The notes below the pieces were generated by a model. It saw nothing but the letters and a program-made list of their open reading frames with translations. It ran no database searches and was not told the DNA's origin. The position numbers and the translations under genes were made by a program. 64,000 bases of DNA from contig CM061252.1 of assembly GCA_022605425.2 (NCBI GenBank), forward strand, positions 868,001 through 932,000. Direction: 5' to 3'. Positions 1 through 14,299 of this stretch are shown here, piece after piece (position 1 is the stretch's first letter; each line of letters begins with the position of its first letter). The stretch comes from Hamiltosporidium tvaerminnensis FI-OER-3-3 (taxonomy: Eukaryota > Fungi > Microsporidia).

Positions 1-295
1 ATTAAAAGATTGAAATTCTGTAATATAAAGAATAAATTGATTTAACATACAAATCTTTATTGAAGAAGCTTAATTTTTAAATTAAAGAATTCTATATTTA
101 TTTAAAGCGAACCTACTAAAATGATGTTTCAATAATACAGTGTTTAATTTTTAAAACAAAAAAATATATTGTAGAAATTCAAACAATCCCTTATTACATA
201 TAAAATATAAATAGATTAGCAGTAGCATTAAATTTAATAAAGATTTACGGCTATACAATTTTCTTTGTTATAAATTTTTTCTAATTTCTACCCTT

Positions 296-1250
296 ATGTT
301 CTGAAATCAAAATATTTTTTCCTCTAGAAAAATTGAGATGAGGAAAGATATCAAAAAATATGAATATGAATAAAAAAAAAGAGTGAAATGGCGCCAACGG
401 TGAGTATAGTATATGATTAATTTTCTTTTTATCCCAAGGAATTGCCGAAAAAGTGAATTTGTTTTTGAAATTGCTTTCGGTTATAGATATGATATATGAC
501 AGGTTAACTTATGACGCTTTTGGATATTTGGCACAACGCCCTGAAAGTTTATGAATCAAATGATTGGTTGTTATAAATTGATTCCAGATTTCCGTATTTT
601 TGAAATCATTTTTAAAAAGAAAGGTTTTGAATTTAATAGTATCCTTTCCTTCTATTTGAACAAAATTTCTAGTATTTTGAGGCGGGAGAAGTGAAAAAGA
701 AGCACAAGGGGCAGTAAGGGATTCAATGTCTATTTTTTATTTAATCTGCTATATTTAAGATCTGTGAAGAATATTCTGATGTTCATGAACAATTTTGAGT
801 GTATATGAACCGTAGACATTAAAAGTTTCTATCTTGGCTAAAATCCAGAACAATTTGAAAATTTATATTTTTGTTTAAATTAGAACAAATGAAAAGCTTT
901 TGTGTTGTTTTTCTGAAAGTTTATATGTTCAACTACAATATTTTTGAAAAAATATTTTTTGTGTCAGATGAAGTAGAAATATATATAACTTTTGATATAT
1001 TGTGCTACATTTATAGTGTTTGGTGCAACAAAGTGCGAAAATCAAATGTTTTTCAAATTTGAATCATAGATGCCTTCATGATAAATTTAAAATATCATAG
1101 CTATGTAATCTCAGAATTTTTTTAGATTCTAAGAATTATTTGCAGAAGAAGAAGAAATGTAGGTTAAGTTTTTAAGTAGGAGATATTTGAATAGGGTTAA
1201 TGATATGCAAGAAAACTTTAATAGAAAAAAATTTTAAATTAGTGTATTAC
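296..1250 (+). pseudogene. Family A copy 1: decayed multicopy hypothetical gene
   Basis: CCC-TT-ATG at 291-298. G>C skew on the plus strand. Colinear with 34006-34960 and 50772-51670 (e.g. GGATATTTGGCACAAC, AGAAGCACAAGGGG). Many stops. Confidence 0.5.
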
Positions 1251-1699
1251 CTAGTGAATGCTTTTTATAGAAAATGTTTGTATATTTTTTAAAATAAATT
1301 TCCACTCTTCCTAGTTGTATTAAGTATATCTTTTGTTATTCAGGCACTTCTAATTAAAAATAATATCTTCTTTTAAATTTGCTTCACCCATATTTTTTGG
1401 TTCAAACTCTAGGACTTTATATGTTAGTATATTTTGTAAATTATAACAAAATTTAATTGAAACCTATGTATATCCTAAGTCTTAAATTGGATTCCGCTCT
1501 TTTTTTAAAATATTATTTCATTTGTTATAAACATAGGCTAAAATTTCGACGAAAAAAAAATATAATTAATCTTTATAGTACAAGTAAGTATTTTTTAATT
1601 TATATATATGTAATACGTTTCTAGTAGAGTATATATTAAGAAAGTAAATTATAATTTATTTTATGATTAATATATAAGAAGATTTTCAACAATTAGATA

Positions 1700-3650
1700 A
1701 AAAATAGTACAAAATTAATATTCTACGAAGTCTTACTTTATTGCAAGGAAGTGTAATATATATTTCAGTCGTAAATAAAACGAAAGTATTTTTGCTATTA
1801 ATCCAGTAAATAAATCATCATAGCATAATATATTGTATTGTGTTTTAAAATAGCAAGCCAGAAAAAATCAAACTAAATTAGTTCGTAAGAAAAAAACGAT
1901 TATTATAAGAAACAAATGTTTTATTACTTTTAAATAAATTAAAGAACTTACTCCATAAAAAGAGATTTTACTTTTATATTTTTAAAATTTCAAGTACAGC
2001 TTTTTATATTCTTTTAGAAGCCATCTAACTAAATTTAATTAATTTAAAAATAATGAGAAAAAAATGTTTAAATGTAAGGAATAAATTTAAATCAAAAGCC
2101 AATGAGTTGTATATTTTAAAACGAATGAAAAACATAAGTCAGTAAATATTATTATAACTTTTTCTAGGTAATTTTACAGTTTGTTAAATTTCAGCGTTTG
2201 TATATTTTGTGCTTTAATTTTTTAAAATTATTAAAAGTCTTTAAACTGAGAAATAACTTAATCTAGATTTATTTTGCAAATCTTTTATTAAATTGTTGTA
2301 AATCGTTTGATACATCGCGACAAAAGAATACTTTTATTTTGGAACAGTAAAATTTGTTGTAAATAACAAGTTAATATGTAGAAACTTGACATAGGAAGTT
2401 TGTTATATACATATAACATATTCAAGAAGTAAAAAAAAATTAATAAATGTTTCTTATTTTAGATACATAAGAATAGTAAGATTATATAATCATAGAGAAA
2501 ATGTTTAATGGCTGTGAAAAAAATGCTTAAAAATGTATTTGACTGTTTAATGTAGAATAAATATTTTTAGGTTCAAAAAAAAAAAACTTCAATTTTCCGA
2601 AATTAATAAGAAATTTAAATCACATAATTTATTAAATTGCATTGTAATTAAGTCTTCCTAAATATATTAGTACTTAGAAAATGAAAGATATAGGCCATTT
2701 TGAAGTATATGTTGATATAAATCGTAACTTGCCCTAGACAATTTTTTTTTAAAGTTTATAAAGCGAATTATTTAAAATACTAGAGGTCTTAATGCATTTA
2801 TCTCCAAAATCAAATATTGCTCGATTATAAATTTTTTTTTCGTAAGTGTTCTTTCATAGCTTTTGCATATACGTGAGCATGTAAAAAGTATTGTAAGTAG
2901 CTATCCAAACAGGTTACTATGCCTCATTTATAACAGACTCTTTAACTTCAGCTAGTGAAATGTCAGGGCGAAACATTCATTCTAAAAGTAAAAAAAACAT
3001 TTCAAAAGATATGTACAAAATGCGTGATAAGTACAGCGTGGAGGAGAGTATAGAGACCACATAGCAAGCTTTAAATTTTAGAAAAAAGAGGTAATGATAT
3101 TTACATAAAATTTCTATTAAGTTTCTCAATAAGAGATGACATACTGTGTTTGAAGTCTTTTTATGTAAAAATGCTTTATTTTATACTTTCCTTAAAAACA
3201 TTCTATCATTAGCCAATATTGTTTCGTAATCGAGCTCATTGTATTAGAGTTACTGTAAACCAGGTATATAGGATGATATGATTATATATCACTATTTTAA
3301 AAAGTAAATTATTTACTCATTTTAGTAAATTCGACTTTTTTACGAGATCTAACGAGTTATTTGTTTACTACCCTTTTAATTTATATCTATACTTATGCAA
3401 ATAATTTTAATAGTCCTTTAACAAACCATATCAGCTTAGATAGTATAACAAAAAGTATACTAAGCAGCAAATATCAAAGTAATAAAAGAATCGATCAGTA
3501 TTTGTGGCATGTGTTTTAGGGGTTCTACATTAGTATGGCGAAAATTGTTATATACAAGCATCCGGATTATAAGTATACTAAGAATAGTCACTCTCTATCT
3601 CATAGATAGTAAGAGCATTACTGAAGAAGAGGCCACGTTTTAAAAACTGC
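1700..3650 (+). mobile_element. Old decayed non-LTR retrotransposon, 3' half
   Basis: Ordered remnants: LLQGS (~1738; cf. ILQGD), KLD (~2382), AILKY (~2694; cf. AAILKV), EESI/DHIAS (~3040-3070; cf. TVDHLAT), YIQAS (~3549; cf. YIQSI). Confidence 0.45.
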
Positions 3651-4004
3651 AGCTATTTTTCTAGGTTTCCATTTTTTTAACCAATTGCATATATTAACAC
3701 AATACAATGATGAATCTTTACATCTTTATGATATATATATTAACTTAGTAAACTTTAAGAAAGAAGCTAAAATATATTGTAAAAAAAATAGAAAACCTTC
3801 AAAATCATTTTTTGTCTCTTTGAAAAAAACCTCGCCTATAAGAACAACATGAACATCTCCATGACTTTGAGTTCATGATATTTCTATAATCAAATACTTT
3901 TTTTTGCTATATATCCCAAAATTTCATTTACATATGTCATAGCTTAATAAAAAAAATATAAAATCATTTTAAATACTAAAAATCATAAAATTTTTGTTTA
4001 AAGA

Positions 4005-4240
4005 TATTCTCTCTTGGAATATCTATTATAGATATATTAAAATTAATACACTTCTGATATTATTTACGAGAATTGCCCTCTGCGACATTAAGTAACGATG
4101 ATTCTACTATTCTCTTCGAGAATATCTATTATATTTACACTTTTTTTAGAGACACTTTTCATATTTTTCGAGAATATCTATTGTAGAAACATTAGAAAAA
4201 ATACACTTTTGATATTATTTTCGAGAATATTCATTCTATA
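4005..4240 (+). repeat. Short imperfect tandem repeat (~50-bp unit, about 5 copies)
   Basis: GAGAATATCTATT...ATACACTT.TGATATTATTT.CGAGAAT recurs at about 4016, 4068, 4118, 4170 and 4223. Confidence 0.7.
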
Positions 4241-5759
4241 CACGTTAAAAAATTAAAATGATTTTAGAAAAATTTAGTATATGGTTTTCAAAAAGTATCA
4301 AGTCAAGAAATCATATTTTATTAAAAAAGAAACATCCTCGGGCATAAAGAAATGCTTTAACTTAGCAAATACCCATACTCCGCTTATAATTGGTATCTAA
4401 AAAGTAAAATCAATTATTTATTCATTTTTTGTATGTATAACTTATTCTCTTTCGATTAAAGGATAAATAATAATATTAACTCACTAAATGTAGAAATATT
4501 ATACACTTTTTATATATTACTTGTTTCTCTTTCTTTTATTCGAACCGAAACCTAAGGAAACTAAAGTTCTCTTGATATTTTTTTAAATCGTACTATATTA
4601 ATAGTTGATCATCAAAACAATATAGTACAAAAAAATTTCGTACATTTTCTTACAGAAAAAGGTAAAAATTTAAAGCAAATGAAACTTTTTAAATCAAAAC
4701 ATGCAAAACTAAATTAAATTTTTTATAAAAGAAAACTACTTATTTGTGTAATCTAAAGTCCAATTGTAACAATATTTTTCAAGTAAAAGAAATTTCGGGA
4801 TTTCTATACATACACTAAGTTGTTAAAACTAGCTCTAAGTATAATTTATGAATATTAAAGATTTAAAAAGCCATGCCATTTTTAGGTAAATTAATCATAC
4901 TTATAAAATTATGAGTTTTTAAATTTTACTAAAGTCAAAAAATGATTTTTGTCAATTTTACTTACTTTACGAAGTATACCTTACATAATTTCCTTAAGCT
5001 GAAAGTTTTCAGTTATTTTAATAGATATCTAAAAGAATAATAAACAAATAAAGTAATTTTATATAAAACGACAAACAAATTTATATCAGTTAAAACTTAA
5101 TACCATTACTCTCAGCTAGGATTATACAATTAAGATATCTTAAGTTTAAAGGGAGATAACTTTAGGCACAAATATTTGCTTTGACTTTTCTATTTCTATG
5201 TTAAGAATTTACAATTCAACTTATATTAACTGGAAAAATCAATCTTAATAAAAAGTATACAATAAGTATTGTTCAAAATTGGGAATTAGTTAGAATATAT
5301 TAAACCAATATTTAATGATCTAAATCTACATTTAAAAAAACTGTATTTAGAAAATAATTCAAAAATTTTTACTACTGAAAAAAGAATGTAATATCTAAGA
5401 ATGTTAAAAAAAATTAGTGTGCAAAAATATTTTGTCTAGGTTTTTCTTAGAATTTCCTTGCTAAAATATAATTCTAGCCTGGAAAAAGATAAAATAATTA
5501 TATAATATACTAAAATAATACATAACATAAAAAATTTATTATAAATTAAACAAGATTTAAGGTTTAATACTTTTACTAGGGCAAGTATTTAAATTACGAA
5601 ATAATTCGTAAAATTAATAATTTATTTAAAAATCTTCATATTTTTGTGAAAACTAAAAATTGTACATTTGTTATAGAGTTCAAAACAAAAATTTCTTATT
5701 AATATTTTAAAAAAAACTTGGACATATGCCGATCAATAAAAAAGTTGTTAAAATTCAAA

Positions 5760-6300
5760 TCAAATCTAAAATTGTAAAGATTTTACAAATAAAAAATTTG
5801 AAAAAAATTAAAAAAATAAAAAAATAAAAATTTAAAAAGGTGTAAAAAAACGTGAAAAAACAGCTAAATTTAAGAGAAAACTTAAAAAACAGAAAAGGAA
5901 ACGGTAAAAACATATAAAAAACTTAAAAAATTGTAAGTATATGTAAAAAGATATAACAAACTTTAGAAAATAAAAAATTCTTGTAAATTAGTACAAATCT
6001 TTCCAAAAAATTTTAAAAAAGTTAAAAAACAAAATAAAAAATTCAAAAACAATAAAATCTTATGTTAAAAAGTACAAATTAAAAAGACATTGAATGTATT
6101 AAGCATTCTAAAAACTTATATAAGATTAAACTTCGCAAACACACTACATCAGTCCTATAAAATCTAAAATTGATATCAAAAAACAAAAAAAAAAACTGCC
6201 TAAAGTATAAAAAATAAAGAAGTATTGAAAAGTACCACCTAAATTAAAATACTAAAAAATTCTAAGAAAGCAATTGAACGCTTGAAAGAAATAGAAAAAA
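5760..6300 (+). repeat. A-rich low-complexity tract
   Basis: Repeated runs of A4-A9 separated by 2-5 other bases. Confidence 0.6.
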
Positions 6301-7750
6301 ACTGCAAAAAGTGAGATATTGCACAATGACTCCAAGTGAATTTGAAGAAATAATTTAAGCAGTACTAACTTTTAAAGAGAGTTTAAACCCTTCGGTTTGA
6401 GATATAAATGTAGAACGTTTTTTAAATAAAGTATATTTATATAGAAAATCTTATAAGAATGAAAAATCAATTGCTATTTCTAGAATATAATAACGCACAA
6501 AAAAAATATATAAGTATAAAATTAGGCTAAGTGTATTTTCTTTTACTTAAATATTGTAAAGTCTATATAACAAGATATATAGGATTTCAGAAAGTCAAGG
6601 TGAGCCATTGATCCAAAATAAAAAGAAGCTTTAAATGTAGATTCAAATTAGGAAGATTGGGTAACCCTAATACCGAGGAAAAATAACAATTAAATAACTT
6701 AAATATTTTTTTTGCATTAACTGTTCAATACTTATAAGTTTTAGATGTAATATTATAAAAAAAAATTAAATTGTAGAAGCTTAAAGTCTATTTAAATATT
6801 TTATTTTGCCGATTTCAGGAAAATAATCGTATTTTACAAGCCATTAGACTTAAGCGAAGAATATCAAGAATGCTCTCAAAAATGAAAAAAACCATAGTTT
6901 TGAATATAGGAAATATTTAACAAACATAAATTAGTTTTCTACCTTTAAAAAAAATATTGATATACCTAAATATTTAAATCGAGGTTTTTGAAACGAAAAA
7001 ATCGAATAAGTTTAAAACAATATTTGATAGTCATTTATAAACAAAGCTTAAGTGTCCCATATGTACTTGATATGGTTCAAAGTTTCTATAGCGACTAAAT
7101 AGATAATATTAAAATCGAGTAAAAACTGTTAATAACACCAGAAAGGGTTCAAACCAAAATAGATTAAACTTACCTTAAAAGCAATAAAAACCATATACAA
7201 AAAAATGTAACATAAAGTAAAAGAAATATAAAGTATTTAAAAACAGGAATTAAGCTACTTAAACAATGAGGTATAAAAAATTTCAAGGTAAAAAATAATC
7301 ATAATATTGGCTCAGCTTTAAAGGTAAGTATAAAGTAAAAAACCTACTCGAAAAGTAAATTGAAAAGATAAGCAGAAAGGAGATAAAATAATTAAAACTT
7401 GGCTTATTTATATGTAATTTGAATTCTCACATGGTTTTGCAAAGCAAATTATGTCAGTATGGCAAAGTACTAACACTACAAAAAGGGGATTTCGGATTTG
7501 ATCACTGCCAAAATTCAAGCTTCCTTTTGATATATAAAGATATTTTAGCATACACAAATCGAACTGAACATGAGGACAGAATTTCTTTAAAAAAATAAAT
7601 TAACTGGATTAAGTAGTAAAAAAAATGTTTCTTCTGGGAAAAATAACCTGTCTGGTCTTAATCTTCAAACACAATGAAAATTTCATTTTCAGACTTTGAA
7701 TAACCCTCACTCCTATTTAAAGAAATCAATATGTACATCAAAACACACGA
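6250..7750 (+). mobile_element. Decayed Ty3/Gypsy pol remnant (RT-RNaseH-integrase order)
   Basis: KPFGLRYKCRTF (~6385; cf. MPFGLxNAPRTF), KVYL (~6428), RYIGF (~6573; cf. YLG), IVEA*SLFKYF...FTSH (~6770-6845; cf. RNaseH ..TDH), KNIDIPKYLNR (~6950; cf. GKxNxxADxLSR). Confidence 0.5.
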
Positions 7751-9339
7751 TCTTATATTTTCTAAAATTTCTATCAGGTATCAAGAATGCATTTCATAGA
7801 ATTTGCTATTTTTATTTTTAATGTAAATTGTTACACGAAAACTTTAGTCAGAAAATTATTTAATTTTCTTTTATAAAATTAACTCTTCAATTTTCAATAT
7901 AGATTTGACCTATATAGCATATACCTCAAGAAAACGATTATAATTTTTTAGCATTTATAACATTTGATAAAAATAAGAAAACCCCTCATTCAGCTCATCT
8001 TTTGATTTTAGAACTCAAAAGAAATAATATTCATTTCATAAGATTAAAATGATTTTCATTTAGCTTTATTCGATATAAATTACTTTCCTTAAGTAATCAG
8101 CATTAAAAATATTATTTATTAAATTTACGAGAAAACTATTTTTTTCTTATGTAAAAATCTCATAATATTTATTTAAAAAATAACAAACTTTTTTGCGGTT
8201 CTAATTTTAGGTAACCTTTAGTTGTTAAATTAAATCTGAACTTAACGAAGAAAAAAACCATATTTCTAAGTTTTTAGAAGAATGAAACTATTATGAACTA
8301 TTAAAGGACACCTAATTGTGTTTTTGACTGAAAGACTTATCCCTGTTGAAATCTATAGATAAATGTAAAACGAATATGAGAAATATGCTTAATTCATATT
8401 TTTATAATTCAGACTGATCATTTTTATACACTTCTATATTAAAATTTCTGCTCAAAAATATTATCTGAAATCACAAAAGAGACAGATAAGTAATTTAAAG
8501 CTATATATTAATAAAACAAATTTTTCTTTTATTAAAAATTTGTATATTCTTTTTCAAGAAAAATTATTTTCTTTAAAACTTCTTGATTTTCTCTAATGTC
8601 AAGTCAATTATTGCAAATAAAAAATTTCTGTCATTTAACCATGCTAAGATCTTTTGTATATGAAATTATTTTAAGAATAAAAATCGAAAATATAAATTGC
8701 TTTTTGTAAGGTTTTTTGATATTTAAAGTCGCATTTAGAAAGAATCGTATCTAAGCATAAAAAAAATAGGAAGTAAACCAAAATACCAGAGAAAAGGTAT
8801 CTTAAATCTCAGGTGTCTTTAAGATACCATAAAGACCGATTATATATGATTCCTTAAATGTGATCAGATCCTAACAATAAAATTTTTATTTTTGAATTAT
8901 TATTATTTAATAAAAATCATCCAAAAGAATTATAAGTATTTAAACCTGAATTATATAGGTTTTGTTGTTTATGTACAGTTCCCGTATAAGTAAAAGATTG
9001 TTCAACATGTAAAGTTATTATTTGTCACAATTTTTTTAAATATATCGATATTTTCGATTATATTTCCATTAATAATTCGTAAAAATTGTTTTTACTCTTT
9101 CAATTGTTGAAATTTTAAGCTTTTGTTTAAATAGATCAACTTCTCAAAATAGTTTTGTTTGTTATATATGGAAAGGTAGTATAACAAAATGATATTCTAA
9201 TAAAAGTAATGACGTGTTGAAATTTTACGAAAATTTTCTTTTATGAATTAAAATATTTATTTTCTTTCGTATTTACATTCTATATACATTAAATATATTT
9301 CAAAAATTTTCTTTATTTTTATTTTACAAAGTTTATCCC

Positions 9340-10250
9340 TACCAATATTATTATAAAAATATTCTCCTCCATAGAGAAATAAATTGAATTGGTAAAAGAA
9401 GAAGTGTGAACAGAAAAAAAGAAATATTCTAAAGTAGAAGAAAACACCAATAGAAATAAAAACTATACTATTGCGGTTTCTTATCCAACCAGAGTATTTT
9501 CTTATCTGGTAAGTGTAAAGTTGAGTGTTTCCTCTGTTTGCAATACTACATATGATATTAGAAAAATAAATTCAGGGTTTTTTTCATAGATCACGATACT
9601 CCTTAATAACTCTAGCTGTGTAAGGAGTTCAAAAGGTTCAAAATTTTTTTCTATAAGAAGATTTCAAAAATAAGGTTATAACATTAAAAGATGCTAAGGG
9701 CTTTTGTACAGAAACAGAGCAGAGCAGATATAAATAGGAGAATATAAGTAGGTTTCGCAGAGGAGGTTATTGATTCTTTCTATTCAGAGATGTGTTAAGA
9801 TTACTATATGTTGATGTATATTTATTACGAGTGTCTAGAGTCAATTTTATCTTGCTAAAAAGAATTACTATTTTCGGTTTCCAGGTTCATTTAGAAATAT
9901 GAGCAGCTTATATTACCTGTTTAATGTGTGAAGTGTTTTTAGAATAAAGTTATATTGAGAATAGCTTTTTAAAATGTTCATATTAAGATATAAATTTTTT
10001 CATTTTTATACAAGGAACTAATAGATGAATATGAGTTATGAAATAGAAATTTTTTAAAAAACTGGAAAAGAAAAAAATTTATGGAAACAACAAAACTAGT
10101 TAGAGAATAGGGCTTTGCATGATAAAATACATAGTTCTAGTAATACATTGCAGAGTCATTAGAATTTTGTGCCTGCATCGTAAAAATCATAGTGAGTATT
10201 AGATAATTCTTAGATCTGATCAAGAAGGCTTTGTGTTCGAAATATAATAA
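9340..10250 (+). pseudogene. Decayed hypothetical gene
   Basis: CCC at ~9337 followed by a strongly G-skewed, GAA-rich stretch with short protein-like runs (EVIDSFYSEMC, YIYYECLESILSC). No ORF. Confidence 0.3.
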
Positions 10251-11699
10251 ATGTTAAAAATATTTTTGTGTTTTTTTCAGCCAAATCGATTTGAATAACC
10301 TACAAACATCTCACTTTTTCTAATTTTTTCCTACTTATATTTTACTCACCCTTTCAGATTTGATTAAATTTTATATTTTGTATTTTTGTGTAGTTTGTGA
10401 TTTTGCTTTAAAATTCATTGCTTGTTAATTTAAGGGTATATTTGATTGCATCCCTGTTCCTGGTTTGTAATTATTTTGCACAGGCGCTTATGTTTCCTCT
10501 ATATTTTTACTTTATAAATTAATTTGCTAATATTCTTTTTGCGGACAAAAAATTAATTCAGTTACAAATCCAGATTTTGCGTTACTCAAAAAAATAACTA
10601 GTCTATTAAATTACATTGGTTGTGTATGGGTATCTACTGACGCTGATCCTTATGCTTGCGATAGAAGCTTACTTTCTATTTATAAAAAAGTTATAATTAG
10701 AAATTAAAAATTAATTTCGCTCAATGCAGAAACAAAGAAATAATAGCAAAAGCCAACATCCAATGCTAAATTGAATTTTTAGAAAATTATTAATTATAAA
10801 TATTTTAAACAATATATTATGAGACGAGTAAATCTATAAAGGATATCGAATTGAGAGAATAGCTTTAATTCAATTTAGTTATTTTATAAAAGCATAGAAT
10901 GAAACTATATATATAAGGCTATAAAAACATGCAAAAAACTTTAAATGTAGTTAGAAACTGAAATATTCTTTTACCAATAATACCAAAATGGTCTAATTTA
11001 CAACAAAATCGATTTTATCAGGATGTGTAATTCTTCTATAAAATTTGATGATGAAAATTCACATTTATAGCTACAAGTTAGTAATAAACACAACGAAACT
11101 GTTACATGCAACAATTAATAGCTTAGAAAAAAACAAATTAAAATTTCAGGTTCTTAGATAAGTCATAGTTTAGGCACTTTTTATTTGCATATTTTTGTTT
11201 TGCGTTTTATCGTGTATAACTTTTCTAAATTTAAAATAATTTATAGAACTACGTAATAAATTAAAAATTGGTAGATATGAGAAATATTTAAAAACTAAAA
11301 TTTTTTGGTCAAATTGTCTAATTAAATAGTAAGCAGTAAAGCAAAGAATGTTTTACTATTATTATATGAAATATATGTTTTAAAGCCGATAATATGTTTG
11401 ATATGAAATTTGCGGTGTATAATTCCAAGGCATATAACACTTTTCCTAAAACACAAGTCGAAATTTTACATTAAATTTTTGGTTTGATAAATAAAAAGAA
11501 AACTTCCAGAGTTTTTTCAAAATAGATAATTTAATGCTAAATTTTGTTCTAAAAATAGTTTTTATAGGTTAATAAAGTATAAATAAAATTTTTTTTGGAT
11601 TTAAAAAATAAAATATTAATATTTTTGCAATTTTTTTTTTTAAATTTTATAATCATACAAGGATTTCAATTTTTTTTACCTGGATTGTAATAGACATAA

Positions 11700-14033
11700 C
11701 AAAAGAAATCTAGATTCTTTTATAAAGATTATTTTCGAACAATTTATTTCTATGTAAATAGGAAATACATATATATTTAAAAAGAAAACAACTCAATCAT
11801 AGACTCAATAGCTCATTCATATATCATAAAGAGTAGATAGGTTCTTTACAAGTTTACAAGAAATAGATAAGATAATGTACAAGAGATAACGTGTTGCGAT
11901 ACAAAGTAAATAAAAGTTATTATTTTTTAAAAAGTTTAGGTTAGAACCCACAACTCATTATTATATCCTTTTTTATTTATGATATATATCTTAGCCTCGG
12001 GTTTTTCAAATAGGCAACCGCGTCCCATAATTAAGCTCTTTGCCTTAGATTTTGTGTAATTTTATTTAATGTTATTGATATGACTATCTACCAATATATT
12101 ATAATTGCAATGAACCCGCTGTTTAGTTAAATCCTACTTTAACCAAGACCGGATGAGTTTTTTGGCACTACTTTTGAATCATAATAGGAATACATGTAAA
12201 TAACCTTACATATTCCCGTTCTATAATCCAAATCAGTTTAGATTGTGTAAGAATAATAATTCATTGCAAATGTATTGGTAAAAATAGTAGTTGATTGTGG
12301 TACAAGTTTCTTTTGCTTCTACACTGGGTTTAATGTTTATATATATGAAGACGTGTCAGAAGTTTTATAAGAAGATAGTCCTAAGTCACTTTTAGAAGAT
12401 GCCACAAATTAGAAACTTCCTAAATTTTACTTTGTTCTTACTTTTAATATTCAATTATCTTTTTTTTATATTTTAAGTAGACAAATCGTAATTTTGATAG
12501 TATAATCTCTAGACCAACAAACACAATCATAGAAATTTTATTTGTTGAATTACAATAAACGACCGATTTCATAGAAATAATATGTTTTTTAATCTTCTCA
12601 TTACATATCATCCCATGAATATATTCAGATATCAAAATTGTATAAATCTTGTAAGTCACAGTAGTAAAGTTATTACTTCGTTTTTGAAGATTTTTTCATC
12701 GCTGTAAAGCTCTTTAAAGAATATATATATTAAAATATGTGGTATAAAATTAAGTTTATACTGGAACTATGTATTGATGATTCCTTCTATCTTTATACAA
12801 ATTAAAATATTAGTCTAAATTATTTTTAGTTGAATTATTTTTTTGTGTGAATCCGTATTGTTACAGTGAAAGTTAAAGATCAAAAAAAACCCAAATAGCA
12901 GATATCCGAACCATTTAAAACATAGTTGTAGAAATCGCCTTTAAACTAGGTAGATAATTCAAGAGCATGCAAATGTACGAATAATTAGTGTAAAATCATT
13001 CATTAAAATGTAGTTTTAATATAAAAGTAATATAAATAAAATAAAGTAATTAGTTCAAGACATTTTAGTATACTATCCTATTTAGTTAAAGTTAATTCTT
13101 TAGCACTTTGCAGTAAGATAGTATATAATTCTAATAAAAAGAGTTTACAAATTATAAAAAAATTTAATACATTTATGAATATAACAATTTAAGTTGGTTC
13201 ACTCTGGCTATATATTATAAAACTAAATATTTATTTATATGATATATTGAGATGAATGAAATATTAAGATCTACTGCCTATAAATTGTATTACACATAAT
13301 AAATTAATCTCTTTATAAATCTACAAAAATTTAATCCATTTCACAAAAGAAATAGTATTAATTTTCTCATTAATTCGATTAAAAGTTTTATACATGATAT
13401 TAAAATATCTTTCACATATACATCTTCTTTCAAATAGATTTATATTTTTTTAAGTAACATAAACAATACATTTATAATAGATACCTGGCATTTCAATCAA
13501 TTTTATAAAAGGTAAATAATATGAGGTTATATAGAAATCGAAAGTTATCTATAAATCCCATATATGATTAACGTTTCTAACAATATACTGAGAGCTTTTT
13601 CAATCGATTTCATAAAATTTAATACAGCCATATTAAAGTTAAACACAGCGTATTATGACCAAGAATAAAAAATCTTATTTTTAGATATTGAGTAAAGGTT
13701 TTAATAGTCCAAATATTCCAAAAAACAATAAATAAACATCCAATACCTCACACTTAAAAACTTCCAATTATGGTAAATTTTATAAGCTTATTAAGGTTAA
13801 CCCCTTAAAATCATATAAAAAGAGAAATTACTTAACTATATATTCTAATGTAACATATTGATGTGATTAAACGAATTTTTAGATAAATGAATATAAATTG
13901 ACATAAAATTAACAAAAATTCCATAAAAATATAATAACATAATACTTTTATAATGGAAAAAATAGTACTTTATTTATAAACTTCACCATTATAAGAGCTA
14001 GAACAGTTTTATTTGTAGAAAAACTGCTTACAT
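11700..14033 (-). pseudogene. Family B copy 1: decayed multicopy hypothetical gene (possibly LRR-like C-terminal half)
   Basis: Shared block AAAAACTTCCAATTATGGTAAATTTTATAAG at 13756. CCC-TT-ATG on the minus strand at 14033. Colinear with four other copies. No long ORF. Confidence 0.6.
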
Positions 14034-14299
14034 AAGGGAGCATTTAACTTAGAAAATGAATAACAAAAGAATGATCTAAAAAAATGTAACCACATTTAAA
14101 AAGTAGATTAAGGTTAAGCAAAATTAATTTAAGTAAAACAAGTATATACAACAAGAAATTTTAAATGTAGTAAAAGCAGAAAAATAATTACATAAACATA
14201 AAATATTCCAGTTAAAAAAACTTAAAAAGGAAACGAATCTAAATAAAATTTAAAAAATAAACAAGTATAAAAATTTAAAGCAAAAATGGCAGATTTAAT

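Noticed and set aside
4300-8200. Paired LTRs around the Gypsy relic
   Set aside because: No pair of long direct repeats with TG...CA ends could be recognised by eye.
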